Below are positions 1-12,669 of a stretch of 64,000 bases of DNA, in pieces. Below the pieces are notes generated by a model. That model was not told the origin of the DNA and ran no database searches. It saw only the letters and a program-made list of their open reading frames with translations. Source of the stretch: the human T2T-CHM13v2.0 reference genome, Homo sapiens; the NCBI RefSeq assembly GCF_009914755.1, contig NC_060936.1. One strand, written 5' to 3'. Position 1 is the stretch's first letter, and the number at the start of each line of letters is the position of its first letter. A program made the position numbers and the translations under genes.

Positions 1-147
1 CCATGCCCAGCTAATTTTTGTATTTTTAGAAGAGATGAGGTTTCACCATATTGGCCAGGCTGGTCTTGAATTCCTGACCTCAAGTGATCCACCCACTTTC
101 ACCTCCCAAAGTGCTAGGATTATAGGCGTGAGCCACTGCGCCCAGGC
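1..147 (-). mobile_element. Alu (AluS-type) left arm, truncated by the window edge
   Basis: Reverse-complement Alu motifs: gtttcaccatattggccaggctggtcttgaattcctgacctc...gtgagccactgcgcccaggc. Confidence 0.95.
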
Positions 148-149
148 TA

Positions 150-494
150 AAATTTATTTTATTTTAGATTCAGGAGGTACATGGGAAGGTTTCCTACCTG
201 GACATATTGTGCAATGGTGGAGTTTTGGCTTCTACTGTACCCATCACCCAAATAGTGACCACTGTACCCAGTGAGTAGTTTTTCAACCCTCCCCCTCCTC
301 CCGCTCTCTCTGCCTTTGGAGACCACAGCGCCGATTGTTTCCAGATTTATTTCATATGTACCTGTTGTTTAGCTCCCACTAATCAGGACATTTGATATTT
401 GATTTTTTGTTTCTGAGTTAGTTCACCCAGGAGAATGGCCTCCAACTGCATCCAGTTTGCTGCAAAGGACATGATTTTATTCTGTTTTATGGCT
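150..494 (-). mobile_element. Old primate L1 3' end (L1PA15/16 or L1PB-like)
   Basis: Antisense L1 3' UTR motifs: gtacccatcacccaaatagtg, tgtttagctcccact, aatggcctccaactgcatcc, tgcaaaggacatgatttt. Confidence 0.85.
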
Positions 495-1244
495 AAATCA
501 ATTTCTAATTGTTGTCAACTAATTCATTTGTAGATGCTGCACAGTACCAACAAACTTCATCTGTATACCACCAGCTCACGACATCTGCCCCTTGGGAACC
601 ATCCCATGGCCAGACACATGCATGCTGAGTACTTGTTGGGGGGCTGGCCTTTATTCCAGGAGCAGCTCTTGGGTAGAGAACTATATCCTGGGAGGCTTCT
701 TGATTTTAGATATTCATCTGGGATTAAATATCTGATTTCAGGGAACAAAACGTGAGGATAAGGTGCCACTTTCACAGGTTTCGAATGTGTCACTTTTTTG
801 TTCATTTTGTTTATTAATGAAGACGAACCCGGAAAAAACCATTCCTAGACCGGATGAGCCTCCTGGGCTCCCAGCCGGATTGTGTGGAGAGACAGAATCT
901 CCCTGCTTCAGCATCCTTGTGAAGACAGTTCACGTTACACAGCCTTGAAGCCATCTCTGAGTGTCTTCCATAATGATGTGAGCTTCTTCTCTGATTAGGA
1001 AAACAAAATAAACATTCTCTTCCAGGCCCTTTATCCATATCAATTTAGCTCCATTTGAAAAGTCCTTCAGAAAACCTCGAAGTTACACAGAAATATCAAG
1101 TATCTTCCATTTTGGACAAGGTAACAGGGTTTGTTTAGAAGAGAATGGGAATTCCATCTCTTCTGTTGAAGAAGCCACATTCTCCCTGAAACTGGAGACT
1201 GACCAGGGCCCTGAGGGATTAATGTCCTTTAAAATGATACCTGC

Positions 1245-1601
1245 TGACATGGTTTGGCTGTGTCCCTACCCATATCTCACCTTAAATTGTAATAATCACC
1301 ACGTGTGAAGGGAGGGGACAGGTGGAGATAATTGAATCATGGGAGCAGTTCCCCCATACTGTTCTCATGGTAGTGAATAAGTCTCATGAGATCTGACGGT
1401 TTTATAAATGGGAGTTCCCTTACATAAGCCCTCTCTTGCCTGCTGCCATGTAAGATGTGCCTTTGCTCTTTCTTCATCTTCTGCCATGATTGTGAGGCCT
1501 CCCCAGCCATGTGGAACTGTGAGTCAATTAAACCTCTTTCCTTTATAACTTACCAAATATTGGGTATGTCTTTATTAGCAGTATGAGAATAGACTAATAC
1601 A
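1245..1601 (+). mobile_element. THE1 (THE1C-like) solo LTR, ERVL-MaLR
   Basis: Starts tgacatggtttggctgtgtcc, ends gactaataca; 5-bp TSD cctgc at 1240-1244 and 1602-1606. Confidence 0.95.
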
Positions 1602-1684
1602 CCTGCCAAACATGATCACTGAGGGGAAAGTGTAATGGTGGAGCAGGTCTCCTTCAAGGTCAAAGACTTCTGTGAGAGGCTGAA

Positions 1685-2184
1685 CTGGGTGTTCTTCTTG
1701 TGCCCCTCCAAGTCCACCCTCAGCTTTTCTCCACCCTACCCTGCATCTCAGGGATGTAATATTCAAATACTGCATGAATTAAACCCCCTGTCTTCCAGCA
1801 TCCAGATTGGGTTGACGAACGGGAGGCACCAAGGAGATCAGAGAGCAGAAGATGAGAAAGATGAGGATACTTACAACTCTGCTTCCCAGACCCGCCCCCT
1901 GCAACTTTGGGCCACACGTTGGAAGTGACTGTGTCCCTCCACCAAGGGACACGGCTTCTCCTGGGTGGCCCTTCTACCATCACTCAGGCTCCAGTGACCT
2001 GGCCCTCCCATTGACAGGTCCCACTGGGGGCTGGAAGGCTTCCCCTGTTACTCAGCCTTGTGTGTTTCACCACCCCGTTGGCTTCCCTTAATTCTGTCCA
2101 CACCTTTGTAAATAGTGCCTTCCTTAAGCCCTCTTCCAGAAGCACTTTCAGTGCATTGTTCAAACCAGGACCCTGAATGATACA
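1685..2184 (+). mobile_element. LTR33-like ERVL solo LTR
   Basis: gggaggcaccaaggagatcagag, cacacctttgtaaatagtgcc and terminal ggaccctgaatgataca match the LTR33 layout. Confidence 0.75.
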
Positions 2185-2239
2185 GGAGTCAAATATTATT
2201 AGTTTCCTATTTTCCTCTCACTTTTCAGAGACCGGAAGG

Positions 2240-2345
2240 CATATGTATGCTTATATGAAATATATATGTAATATATATGTATGTTTGTTGCTATATATAT
2301 ATAAATCTGTACATATGTATCAAATATATTTATCTCACTTATATA
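2240..2345. repeat. (TA)-rich low-complexity tract
   Basis: Runs of atatat/tatatgta. Confidence 0.8.
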
Positions 2346-2969
2346 GCTGCTTCAAATAACAAAATGTTTTCTGAAGATAAAATAATTTCCTTGAACCCAA
2401 TCAGTGACAACTGGATGTTGAGAGCAATCAGATTGGTTTTGTTCCCCCAAATAAGCTGAAGCACAGGCCAAGACTAGAGGCATTAGGACAAATTCTCACA
2501 ACTACAGCCCTGGATCTCAGGAGCTCGTACAGAGCCGTGTTCTGACATCCTGGCAGTTCTGAGCAGATCTCCTTCCAGGCAAGCAAGTGGGGACTCTAGA
2601 ATCCAGCTCTCCCTCTGGTAGTTGCGCCATCTTCACCTCGGCTCCCAAAGTCTCTGTGGAAGGGACCCCAGAAAATAATAATTATTCTAGTATAAGTAGG
2701 TCCATGCAATGCTTAGGATAAGTATATTCCATAACACAAAAGGTATTCATTGCTTGCCTGACATCCCAATTTTATCTAGCCACCTGTATTTTCTCTAGCA
2801 ATACTGCTCACGTTCCTTTGACCAGAAATAGATTCGTGGCCCCAACAGGTAGCAAAGGGGATGTGAAGTGTGGCCAGGGGCTGGGCAACTGCTTCACAGA
2901 TGAGCTCCACACTACAGAAGGTGGAATAAAGCTCTGGTGATTAACCAGCTGTCCCTGCCATGCCTTGCA

Positions 2970-3910
2970 TGTGTGTGTGTAAGTGTTGTGTGTAAGTGTG
3001 AGAATGTGAGTGTATGAGGGCATGTGTGAGTGTGAGAATGTGAGAGTGTGTGAGGGAGTGTGTGAGTTTGAGAATGTGAGGGTGTGTGAGTGTGTGAGTG
3101 TGAGAATGTGTGAGGGCATGAGTGTGAGAATATGAAGGTGTGTGAGGGTGTGTGAGTGTGAGAATGTGAGGGTGTGTGAGGGCGTGTGTGTGAGAATGTG
3201 AGTGTGTGAGGGCGTGAGTGAGAACATGAGGGTGTGTGAGGGTGTGTGCGAGTGTGAGAATATGAGTGTGTAAGTCTGTGTCAGAATGCGAGGGTGTGTG
3301 AGGGCATGTGTGAGTGAGAATGTAAGTGTGTAAGTGTGAGAATGTGAGGGTGTGTGAGGTCGTGTGTTTGTGAGAATGTGTGAGGACATATATGTGAGGA
3401 TGTGTGTGAGAATGCAAGGGTGTGTGAGGGCATGTGAGTGTGAGAATGTGAGAGCAAGTGTGTGTAAGTGTGAGAATGTGAGGGTGTGTGAGGGCGTGTG
3501 TGAGAGTGAGATGCGAGCGTGAGGGTGTGTGTGAGTGTGAGAATGTGAGGGTGTGTGAGGGAGTGTGTGAGAGAATGTGAGGATGTGTGAGTGTGAGAAT
3601 GTGAGGGTGAGGGCGTGTGTCTGAGAATGTGAGGGTGTGTGAGGGAGTGTGTGTGAGAATGTGAGGGTGTGTGAGGGCATGTGTGAGTGAGATGCGAGCG
3701 TGAGGGCGTGTGTGAGTGTGAGAATGTGAGGGTGTGTGAGGGAGTGTCAGAATGTGAGGGTGTGAGGGCGTGTGAGAATGTGAGGGTGTGTGAGGGCGTG
3801 TGAGAATGTGAGGGTGTGTGAGGGCGTGTGAGAATGTGAGGGTGTGTGAGGGCGTGTGAGAATGTGAGGGTGTGTGAGGGGGTGTGTGTGAGAATGTGAG
3901 GGTGTGAGTG
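2970..3910. repeat. TG-rich minisatellite, core unit about 28 bp (gtgtgagaatgtgagggtgtgtgagggc)
   Basis: Near-perfect 28-bp copies at about 3770-3880; degenerate 28-40 bp copies over the rest. Confidence 0.95.
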
Positions 3911-4583
3911 GAGTGTGTGTGTATGTGTGGCAGAGTGTGACCAGTGTTAGTGTGTGTGTGGGTGTGTATAGGTGTGTAAGTGTGAATATGTCTGTCACTG
4001 TGTGAGCAAAAGCATGTGTGTATGCGTTAGGTGTGTGAGTGTGTAGGGGTGAGAGAGTGTTAGAGTATGTCTGGGTGTCGGTGTTAGAGTATGTGTGTAG
4101 CTGTGTGTGTGAATGTCAGCGAGTGCATGTATGTAGCCTGCGTGTGTGTGTGACTGTGTTAGAGTATGTGTGGGGGCTGTGTGCATGCGTGTGTGCATAT
4201 AAGTGTGTGTGTGACTGGCACTCTGTGTGGTGTGTGTGTGCGTGTGTGAGACTATGAGACTGTTAGAGTATGTGGGGGGTTGTGTGCATGAGTGTGTGTG
4301 TATGTGTGTGCATGTGTGTGTGGCACTGTGTGTGGTGTGTGTATGTGACTGTGTGTGTGTATGAGTCTGTGTGTCTGAGTAGCGTGTGTGTGTGAGTGTG
4401 TGCGAGTATGTGTGTGGAGCTCTGTGTGGTGTGCGTGTGTGACTGTGTGGCACTCTGTGTGTGGGGTGTGTGTGTAAGAGTGTGTGCGTGTGTGTGTGTG
4501 GAGCTCTGTGTGCTGTGCGTGTGTGACTGTGTGGCACTCTGTGTGTGGGGTGCGTGTGTGTGAGAGTGTGTGCGTGTGTGTGT
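3911..4583. repeat. Degenerate (TG)n array with internal duplicated blocks
   Basis: Continuous gtgt tract; a block beginning gtgtgtggagctctgtgtg occurs twice (about 4410 and 4493). Confidence 0.9.
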
Positions 4584-5018
4584 TCTTGGTCATCCGAATC
4601 AGTACGCTCCTGCAGCATCTCTCTCTGTTTCTTAGACTTCTCCAGCTCCGGGGTGTCTGGTGAGATGCCAGCCATTGCCTGTGGTTACCGACCCCGACGC
4701 TGGCCAGTGGGGTGAGGCGTCAGGGCCGCAGGTGCCTTGAAGCACACACCTGTGTTAGAGTGATAAAAGCTGTCTTTTCTGCAGTCCTAGCCCTGCCCCA
4801 GAAGCTCATCTTCTCTGAAGCCCGTTCTCACAGACCTGTTACAAATATGATTCCTTTAGAAGTACGGGGGCTATGAAGCGGGGAAACCCTCTCCTCCCAG
4901 ATAATGGAGAGCGAATCAGATAATTAAGCAGAGACCTCAGCACGGGACCTGCCGCTCAGGGGTCTCGGAGCCGGCTGCACGCTCTCCGTAGCCCCACTCG
5001 CATTGTTTGCTATGGGAG

Positions 5019-5034
5019 TAGCGCCCCCTGCTGC
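5019..5034 (-). promoter_or_regulatory. CTCF core motif
   Basis: Minus strand reads GCAGCAGGGGGCGCTA, close to the CTCF core CCASYAGRKGGCRS, in CpG-retaining unique sequence. Confidence 0.6.
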
Positions 5035-5689
5035 TTTCAATAACGCAGCCCAGAAATGGGATCAATTACTCCTGCCACTGTCCTTGGTGTGAATATGTGT
5101 GCACAGAGCCCTTCCGGTGTGCGTGGCCGGACGCTGGGCCACAGAGATTCACAAATTAGCCCTGACCTCTGGGCTCAACTAATGCAGAGTCTTGGTTCTC
5201 CACCCAGAAGCCATTCCCAGCCCCTCCTCCTGATTTCAAAGGCCTTCTCCTTCCTTCGCTGGAAGCTGAGAATGCCAGATCCCCACTTTTGCAGCCGGTT
5301 ACGCAGGGAGAGCTTGGGAACGTTTCCCGTCTGGCCAGAGGGATTGAGGGAAGCCTGCTGGGAGCTCCTGGCCACTATTGCTCTGCATGTGAGAAAGAGA
5401 AATTAAATAACCTGCTCCAGTGGACAATGTTAGAAGCTGGTTATGCTGCAGCCTTTGAAGGTTTTCTGGACAGCAAGGAATGAAGACCTCTCAGGCTGGC
5501 CCAAGCACAGGTGGGTTTATTCTAAAGGTGTTGGTTGCAGTCTACCTGGAGAACATCTAAGAGCACAAGACGAAAGTGCGTAAATTCCGCGGGGACTGCA
5601 CGCAGAGATGGTAGCCTGTCTCAGAAGCATCTGGTTCCTTTCCCTCCACTTCCTCCTCTTGCTCTACTGCACACCCTTCCGGGCCCAGC

Positions 5690-5920
5690 CCAACCGGCTG
5701 CCCGTCCGCACTCCACGCCCCGGCCCCCCGAGACCGAGATCACCACCCATTGGCCCAATCTCTGCCCAGACCGAGATCACCACCCATTGGCCCAATCTCT
5801 GCCTTGGATGTATTATTGAGAGTGCCCAATTGGTCCCCCTCCCCAGCCTTGGAGCAGACGTTCATCCCTGGACCAATCAGCAGTGGAGGGGGGCGAGGGG
5901 TGGGGATGGTCACGTGATGC
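5690..5920. promoter_or_regulatory. GC/CpG-rich promoter- or enhancer-like element (NF-Y CCAAT cluster, GC boxes, E-box)
   Basis: Seven CCAAT/ATTGG pentamers in 5749-5877, ccacgccc and gggggcgagggg GC-box-like sites, GTCACGTGAT at 5909-5918. Confidence 0.5.
5731..5803. repeat. Perfect tandem duplication, 36 bp x2 (period 37)
   Basis: agaccgagatcaccacccattggcccaatctctgcc at 5731-5766 and 5768-5803. Confidence 0.97.
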
Positions 5921-6144
5921 CCAGGGCTGCTCTTTCTTCCACAGGCTAAAGGTGGAGCCTGCGTCTAGAAGGGCTGTTGGAGGCAGGGGGTGAGCCCGGC
6001 TCTGCAGGAGCATGCTGGGAACCATGGGCTCTTACAGGCATCCTTCCTCAGGGATTATGTCAGAGCGAGTTATTTTAGGTCAGAGATGGCACCGCCCAAA
6101 TATACCGTGGGAACATGCCTTATTTCATTGGAATACATGCATTG

Positions 6145-6600
6145 TATGTTGATAATAAATTTTATTTATCATATATTACACATGATAATCTACTACACAT
6201 TACATATATAATATATATTACATTTTTAGGTCCTTTCATTGTATATATATTAACTCATTGAATTCTATATATATATATACCCTATATAATATATAATTTA
6301 TTATTTATAGCCTATAATAGTGTTATATATGACATATATAATATCTGCTATATGGGGAATATGTACTACTATATATTTATATATTTTATTAAATATTTTA
6401 GCATATATACATTTAAGTATGCATGTATAAATTCAGATATACTATATCTTTATGTATTCCATTTTCATATATTTATTACATAATATATACATTTATAGGT
6501 ATGATTTGTATATATGTATACATTTATTTGTTACATATTCATAATGAACTGTTTCATTGGAATATATGTGTGTATATATGTAATATGTTTGTAATTTAAA
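6145..6600. repeat. AT-rich/(TA)n low-complexity region
   Basis: About 450 bp dominated by tatata/atat. Confidence 0.9.
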
Positions 6601-6677
6601 TGTACCATTCACATTTAAAATTAGATTTCACATTTTAAAAATCGAGACAGCTGCTTTCTCTGGAAGAGTGGAAGTAA

Positions 6678-6835
6678 AATAATAATAGCTAACACTAGCG
6701 TTGCACTTACCTGTGATGGGCGTTTTTCCAGGTTCCTGCCGTCTCTATGGAACCTCACAGCCGGCCTGTGCTGTGGGTTGTATTATCACTATTGTTCTAA
6801 GTCTCCTTCCATTTACAGATGAGGAAACACAGTGC
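6678..6835 (-). mobile_element. MIR fragment
   Basis: aataatagctaacac...ccatttacagatgaggaaac is the antisense MIR core. Confidence 0.65.
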
Positions 6836-8946
6836 AGCTGCACCTGTGCCCCTGACCGTGGGCGGCACTGCTCCCAAGTGGGCCAGGCTCCTGCAGGGTG
6901 CCCTCAGCCCTACCTGCCCCCACCGGTTCACTGGTTTTGGCCCCCAGTGAATTTCAAGTCCAGCTCTTCCTCCTCCCATTTTTACATTACCCACCTCACT
7001 CCTGTGGACATTTTCACCGATGACCCCTGATAGTTTATAAGGCTGGAGAATTTTCTATATAAGCTTCCAGTTGGAGTTTTCAAGTGGATTATACTTTCCA
7101 TAAGTACATTTACTTTTCATAAGTAAAACTCATCAACAAAATAGGAACTGTGAACTAAAGTTTTTGGGGAAAAGCTCGGATTGGGGAAATATGTTTCTGG
7201 ACATTGTCAATGGCTGAGTCCAGTTGTTCAGACTCTATCAAGCCCTGCGACCCTGTCCTTTGTATCTTCCCCTGGTGAATCCGTCAGACATGTGGGGCTC
7301 TTTTAATTCAGAAAGAAACAGCCCAAAAACATTTGTATCACTGCAGAATCCTGGCCCATCACTCAGTGCCTTGACCCTGGGCCTACAGCTCTGTGCTCCC
7401 CTGTGCCCAGCTGCTGTCTGACCACCGCCGTCTCCTGACTGATGCTGACACCCCTGAGTGTGGAGACAGCCTTCAGCCTGCAGTCAGACTCAGCAGAGGA
7501 AGGAGCCTGGCCCCGGTCAAGTCCAGTGCAGCCACCCCATGATAGCCATCCACAGCCCCTGCCCTGGGGAACCAACATGGGCAGCTGGGCAGAGACAGTG
7601 ACCAGAGCTTGTCCTGTGGCAATCACTGCTCCCCTAGAAAGGTCAGTAGTACAAAGAAACTGCTCCCAGCCTTAATAAAGTGAGCAGGACTATCTGTGTC
7701 CTACCAGTTGACAAGGTCCATATTTCACAAGTGAAGTCTGGATAGTTTGCTGCTGATAGATGTCAGATAGAATTCCCCATCTCCTCCTCTCATCTTCTGG
7801 CATTGAGTGACAAGTACCTTCCCTTTACTAGTTTTCACTGAATGCAAAAACTTGACCTCCCGGTGTGTTCATTAAACCTCAGTCTCCCTAATAATCTCTC
7901 CTCTCCAGAATTGTATTCTTAGGCCACTTTGTGACAGAGACTATGCTGTCCCTGCAGAGAGCAGGTAATTACCTTGCCCATGTCATCCCCAATAGTGATG
8001 TATCTTTGACCTCACTTGATCTTGATTTTCAACACCTCTGTATGCAGGTAGAAAAATTAAGTGCAGCAAATTTCTGTCAGTCCCTAATAGCAGTTTCTTC
8101 TTGCCTAAAAATGCCAAAACCACCTGAACAGAGAAATGTGCTAGATAGCTACTGAGTTTGTGGTCATTAGAGAAGTGGTATATTTAGACGCACCACATAG
8201 AACATCAGCCAACTTCATTAGGGCATCGGTGAGCACTGGCCACTCACTGACCCACGGTCAGGAGTTGCTGTGGATCAGGCATGTCCCTGCAGTGAGTAAT
8301 AACCATAAGCAAAGGCAATAATTAGGAGACACCAGTCACGGAGTCGGAGGAAAGTCATTTCTGAACTGCCTTTGGAGAAAACCTTTGAGCTGCATGAAAA
8401 GAAAAAAGAATCTGACACCCAGTTCTTCCAGAGCCAAGAACAAAGAAAATTCAGTGATGAACACATTGGGGGAGTCCGAGAGGACACTAATCCTTGTGTT
8501 CTTGAGTTAGGCTGAGCTGGAGAGTCAGCGTTTGTTAGTCTGCAGCAGGGCAGAGTAATACCTCACCTGAGTTATGCATGGACAAAGTTGTCCAGTCATT
8601 TGGCCATGAACATGGCCTTGATCCCAAAGCCTGACGTGCCTTGAGCATGTTGGTTTGCTCCACCTCAGGTCACTGATGAAAGAGTAACTGGGTCAGGAGA
8701 CACAGGCTCATTTTGATGAAGATTGCAAGTGGCAGATATGCAAAATGGAAAAGCACCAATCTCCATAGATTTCAATGAACTGCCTAATAGATCAAATCAT
8801 AGCCGTGTAAACATCTTATGTCCAGTTCCAACTGACCTCATTAAATGTTTCTTGGTTTCAGATATGAGAACCCAAGTTCTGTGATTACTGTGGTTCTGAT
8901 TGATGGCGCGGGGTTTAACAGGGTGTGTGCTATCTAAAAACATTAA

Positions 8947-9411
<465 letters not shown>

Positions 9412-9610
9412 TCAATTTGTCTTCATTTTATTACACCAGTCAACTGGAAACTAGAGGTGACTAAGAAGGTAGATAATGGAAAATAATCTCTCCACGAATG
9501 CCTAATGGTGTCACCATTTGAGGTAGGTGGTACATGTGAAGCTGGCTAACTCAGTTTACCCATGGCCGTGGCTATAGAAGGCAAGTCTGTGGGAGCAAAG
9601 TCACCTTTCA

Positions 9611-10038
<428 letters not shown>

Positions 10039-10129
10039 CTACAAAAATCATTGATAACATTCTGTCTACATTTTTACCCACTGCCAAGACTCCCTGGAGA
10101 ACTGAGGATTAAAGAGAGGCTCTCTTGCG

Positions 10130-10562
10130 TCTGAGACCTTCTGTGGCTCCTTCCCTCCATTCACCCTCCTGTCGTGTTCTCTCACTCTCTGCCGTGGGAG
10201 GCTGACCTGAGAGGACTACCTCCATGCCCTCCCTCACCCCATGGCTTTCAACCAGGTTGACCACTGCAACGCTTCAGCAGATCAGAGAGAAGGGTGCTTA
10301 CTCTACTCAATCCTGACCACTGAGACGCTCCAGCAGATCAGAGAGAAGGGTGCAGATCAGAGAGAAGGGTGCTTACTCAATCCTGGTGTAGCATCACCAC
10401 CAAAGGGTTCTTCCTGCCCCTTCGGACATGAGTGGTAGGGACTCCATGACCCTGGGATGTAATGACATCCCTTTATTCCCAACATCCTGCCCCCACCCTT
10501 TGCAAGTAGCTTCTTTACTAAACTTTCTCCACATTTGAGCCACCATCTGAGACTGACGGACA
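10130..10562 (+). mobile_element. Degenerate LTR33-like LTR with an internal triplication
   Basis: gggaggctgacct..., terminal gactgacggaca; gcagatcagagagaagggtgc appears three times in 10277-10372. Confidence 0.55.
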
Positions 10563-10731
10563 CAGGGCAAGACAAGAATGCAGAGGTGGAGAGAGGGGAA
10601 AGGGGTGGAAGAGGAAAGCAGGAAAAGAAAGAGAAGATGGGGGAAAAACAACTGTCATCAGTTATTTGTCTTTTATAATGTATCCAGAGCATTGCTAAGC
10701 AGTTTTCTTTTTATTTTCACCTTCTTGCTGA

Positions 10732-10733
<2 letters not shown>

Positions 10734-10762
<29 letters not shown>
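10734..10762. repeat. (GT)n microsatellite, about 14 units
   Basis: Perfect gt run. Confidence 0.95.
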
Positions 10763-11443
10763 GTGCAGTGGCATTTAGTATAGCCACAATGTTGTACAAT
10801 CACCACATATATCTAGTTCCAAAATATTTTCAGGACTCCAAAATAAAACCCTATGCTCATTAAACAGTTACACCCCCCAACCCCGACCGTCCCCTTGCAA
10901 TCACCTGCCTGTTTTCTGTCCCTATGGCTTTAACTATTCTGCACATTTCATAGGAATGGAGTCTATAATATGTCATCTTTTGTGTGTGCCTTCTCTCACA
11001 TAGCACAATATTTTCAAGGTTTATGCATCTTGTAGCATGAATCAGTATTTCATTCCTTTTTATGAGTAAATATCATGTATGTGGATATGCCACAATTTGT
11101 TTGTCCATTCACCCACTGATAGACATTTGGGTTGTGTTCACCTTTGGCTATTTGGAATAATGTTGCTATGAACACACATGCACATGTATTTGTTTGGGTA
11201 TCTGTTTCCAGTTTTGGGGATATTTACTATATATGGAGTGGAATTGCTGGATCTCATGATATTTCTACATTGAACTTGTTGAGAAACTGCCAAACTGTTG
11301 TCTACAGTGGTTGCACCATTTTACATTCTCTCCAGCAAATTTGCAAGAGTTTCAATCTTCCAATACTCTTGCGAACACTGATTGTTTTCTTTCTTTAATT
11401 ATAGCCATCCTAGTGAGGGTGAAATGGTATCCTATTGTGGTTT
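10763..11443 (-). mobile_element. L1MB-type 3' end
   Basis: gtggcatttagta...aatgttgtacaatcacca, gatagacatttgggttg, gaaactgccaaactgtt, atagccatcctagtg. Confidence 0.85.
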
Positions 11444-12185
11444 GGGGCAGACTGCTTGCATCATCACATTTCACCCACAGCAGCCCTAAAGATCATGACT
11501 ATGGTTGTCCTTATTTAACAGTCAAAGGAAATTGAGACTCCAGTGAGCTATTAGAGTCAGTCTGCAAATGCAGATGAGTGAGACCCCAGATCCCCAGCTC
11601 TCAGTGGCTGCATTACACATCCCTGGAAGAGGGGCTGGTAGCTCTGTGAAGCCAAATTTACTCATCCTTCTACTCATTAACTCTACACTCATTTATTGAG
11701 CACAGATTCTATGCAATCCCCATTTTCTACATTTGTTTTCTAAGGACATTAGAAAAATTTATCCTTCATTTACGTAGAGGGTTTTGAAAGGCAGTTAATA
11801 CTTTTTTGAGATTCAGAAGAGTGAGTTAAATCCTTTCTAAATAAGAAGACTTACCTTTGAGGACCACCATTGTTAATACTTATGCTAACACAACATTAAA
11901 ATTCCAGATGGAATATATTTGTTTGCATGTGGCAGTAACTCTACAACAAATCACATATGTCAATAATTTATGCACTCACAGAATTCTAAATCTTAAAGCT
12001 GTATCCCAACTTTACTCAAATGATAAAATTAGAATGCTGTCTTTCCAAATCCATTGTTTCTATATTCTTCAGATTGGGGTTCATCCTCAGGAATGCATGG
12101 TTTCTCAAAGGAAAACGTGTTGCTATTCCTAGAAGAAAGGAAAATTTGTACAGGGCATGCAAAGCAAACACTTCAACCACACCTA

Positions 12186-12669
12186 TGTGGTCAGCTAAAT
12201 AATGGCCCCAAAGATGTCCATGTCCTAATCCCAGAAACTTTGAATGTTATCTAACATAGTAAAAGGAACTCTGCAGATGTGATTGAGTTAAGGGCTTTGA
12301 GATGGGAATATTAGTCTATATTGTCCAGCTGGGTCTGACGTAATCACCAGAGTCTTTACAAGAGGGAGGCAGGTGGGTTAGAATTAGAGAAGGAGATGTG
12401 GGGATGGAACCAGAGGTAACAATGTTTAAGAATAGAAGAGCCAAGGAAGGCCAGCAGTGTCTACACGCTGGAAAAGGCAAGGTAACGGATTCTTCCCTGG
12501 AGCCTGTGAAATGGATGATGCACTGCCAATACATTGATTTTATCCCCTTAAGAGACATTTGGGAATTTTGACCTTCCTAACTAAAAGAGAATAAATTTGC
12601 ATTGTTTATGATGTTTTAAGCCATGAAGTTTGTGGTACTTAGTTATAGCAACAATGGGAAATGAATATA
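12186..12669 (+). mobile_element. MLT1D-like MaLR solo LTR
   Basis: aataatggccccaaagatgtccatgtcctaatccc...ttttaagcca...tgtggta. Confidence 0.85.

Noticed and set aside
1498-1510. PRDM9 hotspot motif position in THE1
   Set aside because: Reads CCTCCCCAGCCAT, not the hotspot-associated CCTCCCTAGCCAC.
2808-4675. His/Thr-rich ORFs up to 290 aa (similar ones at 19.5-20.3, 28.0-28.7 and 47.2-47.9 kb)
   Set aside because: Translations of CA/TG minisatellites.
8897-8906. PBX-HOX-like TGATTGATGG (and catcaatca at 19261)
   Set aside because: About two hits of an 8-mer are expected by chance in 64 kb on two strands; no independent support.
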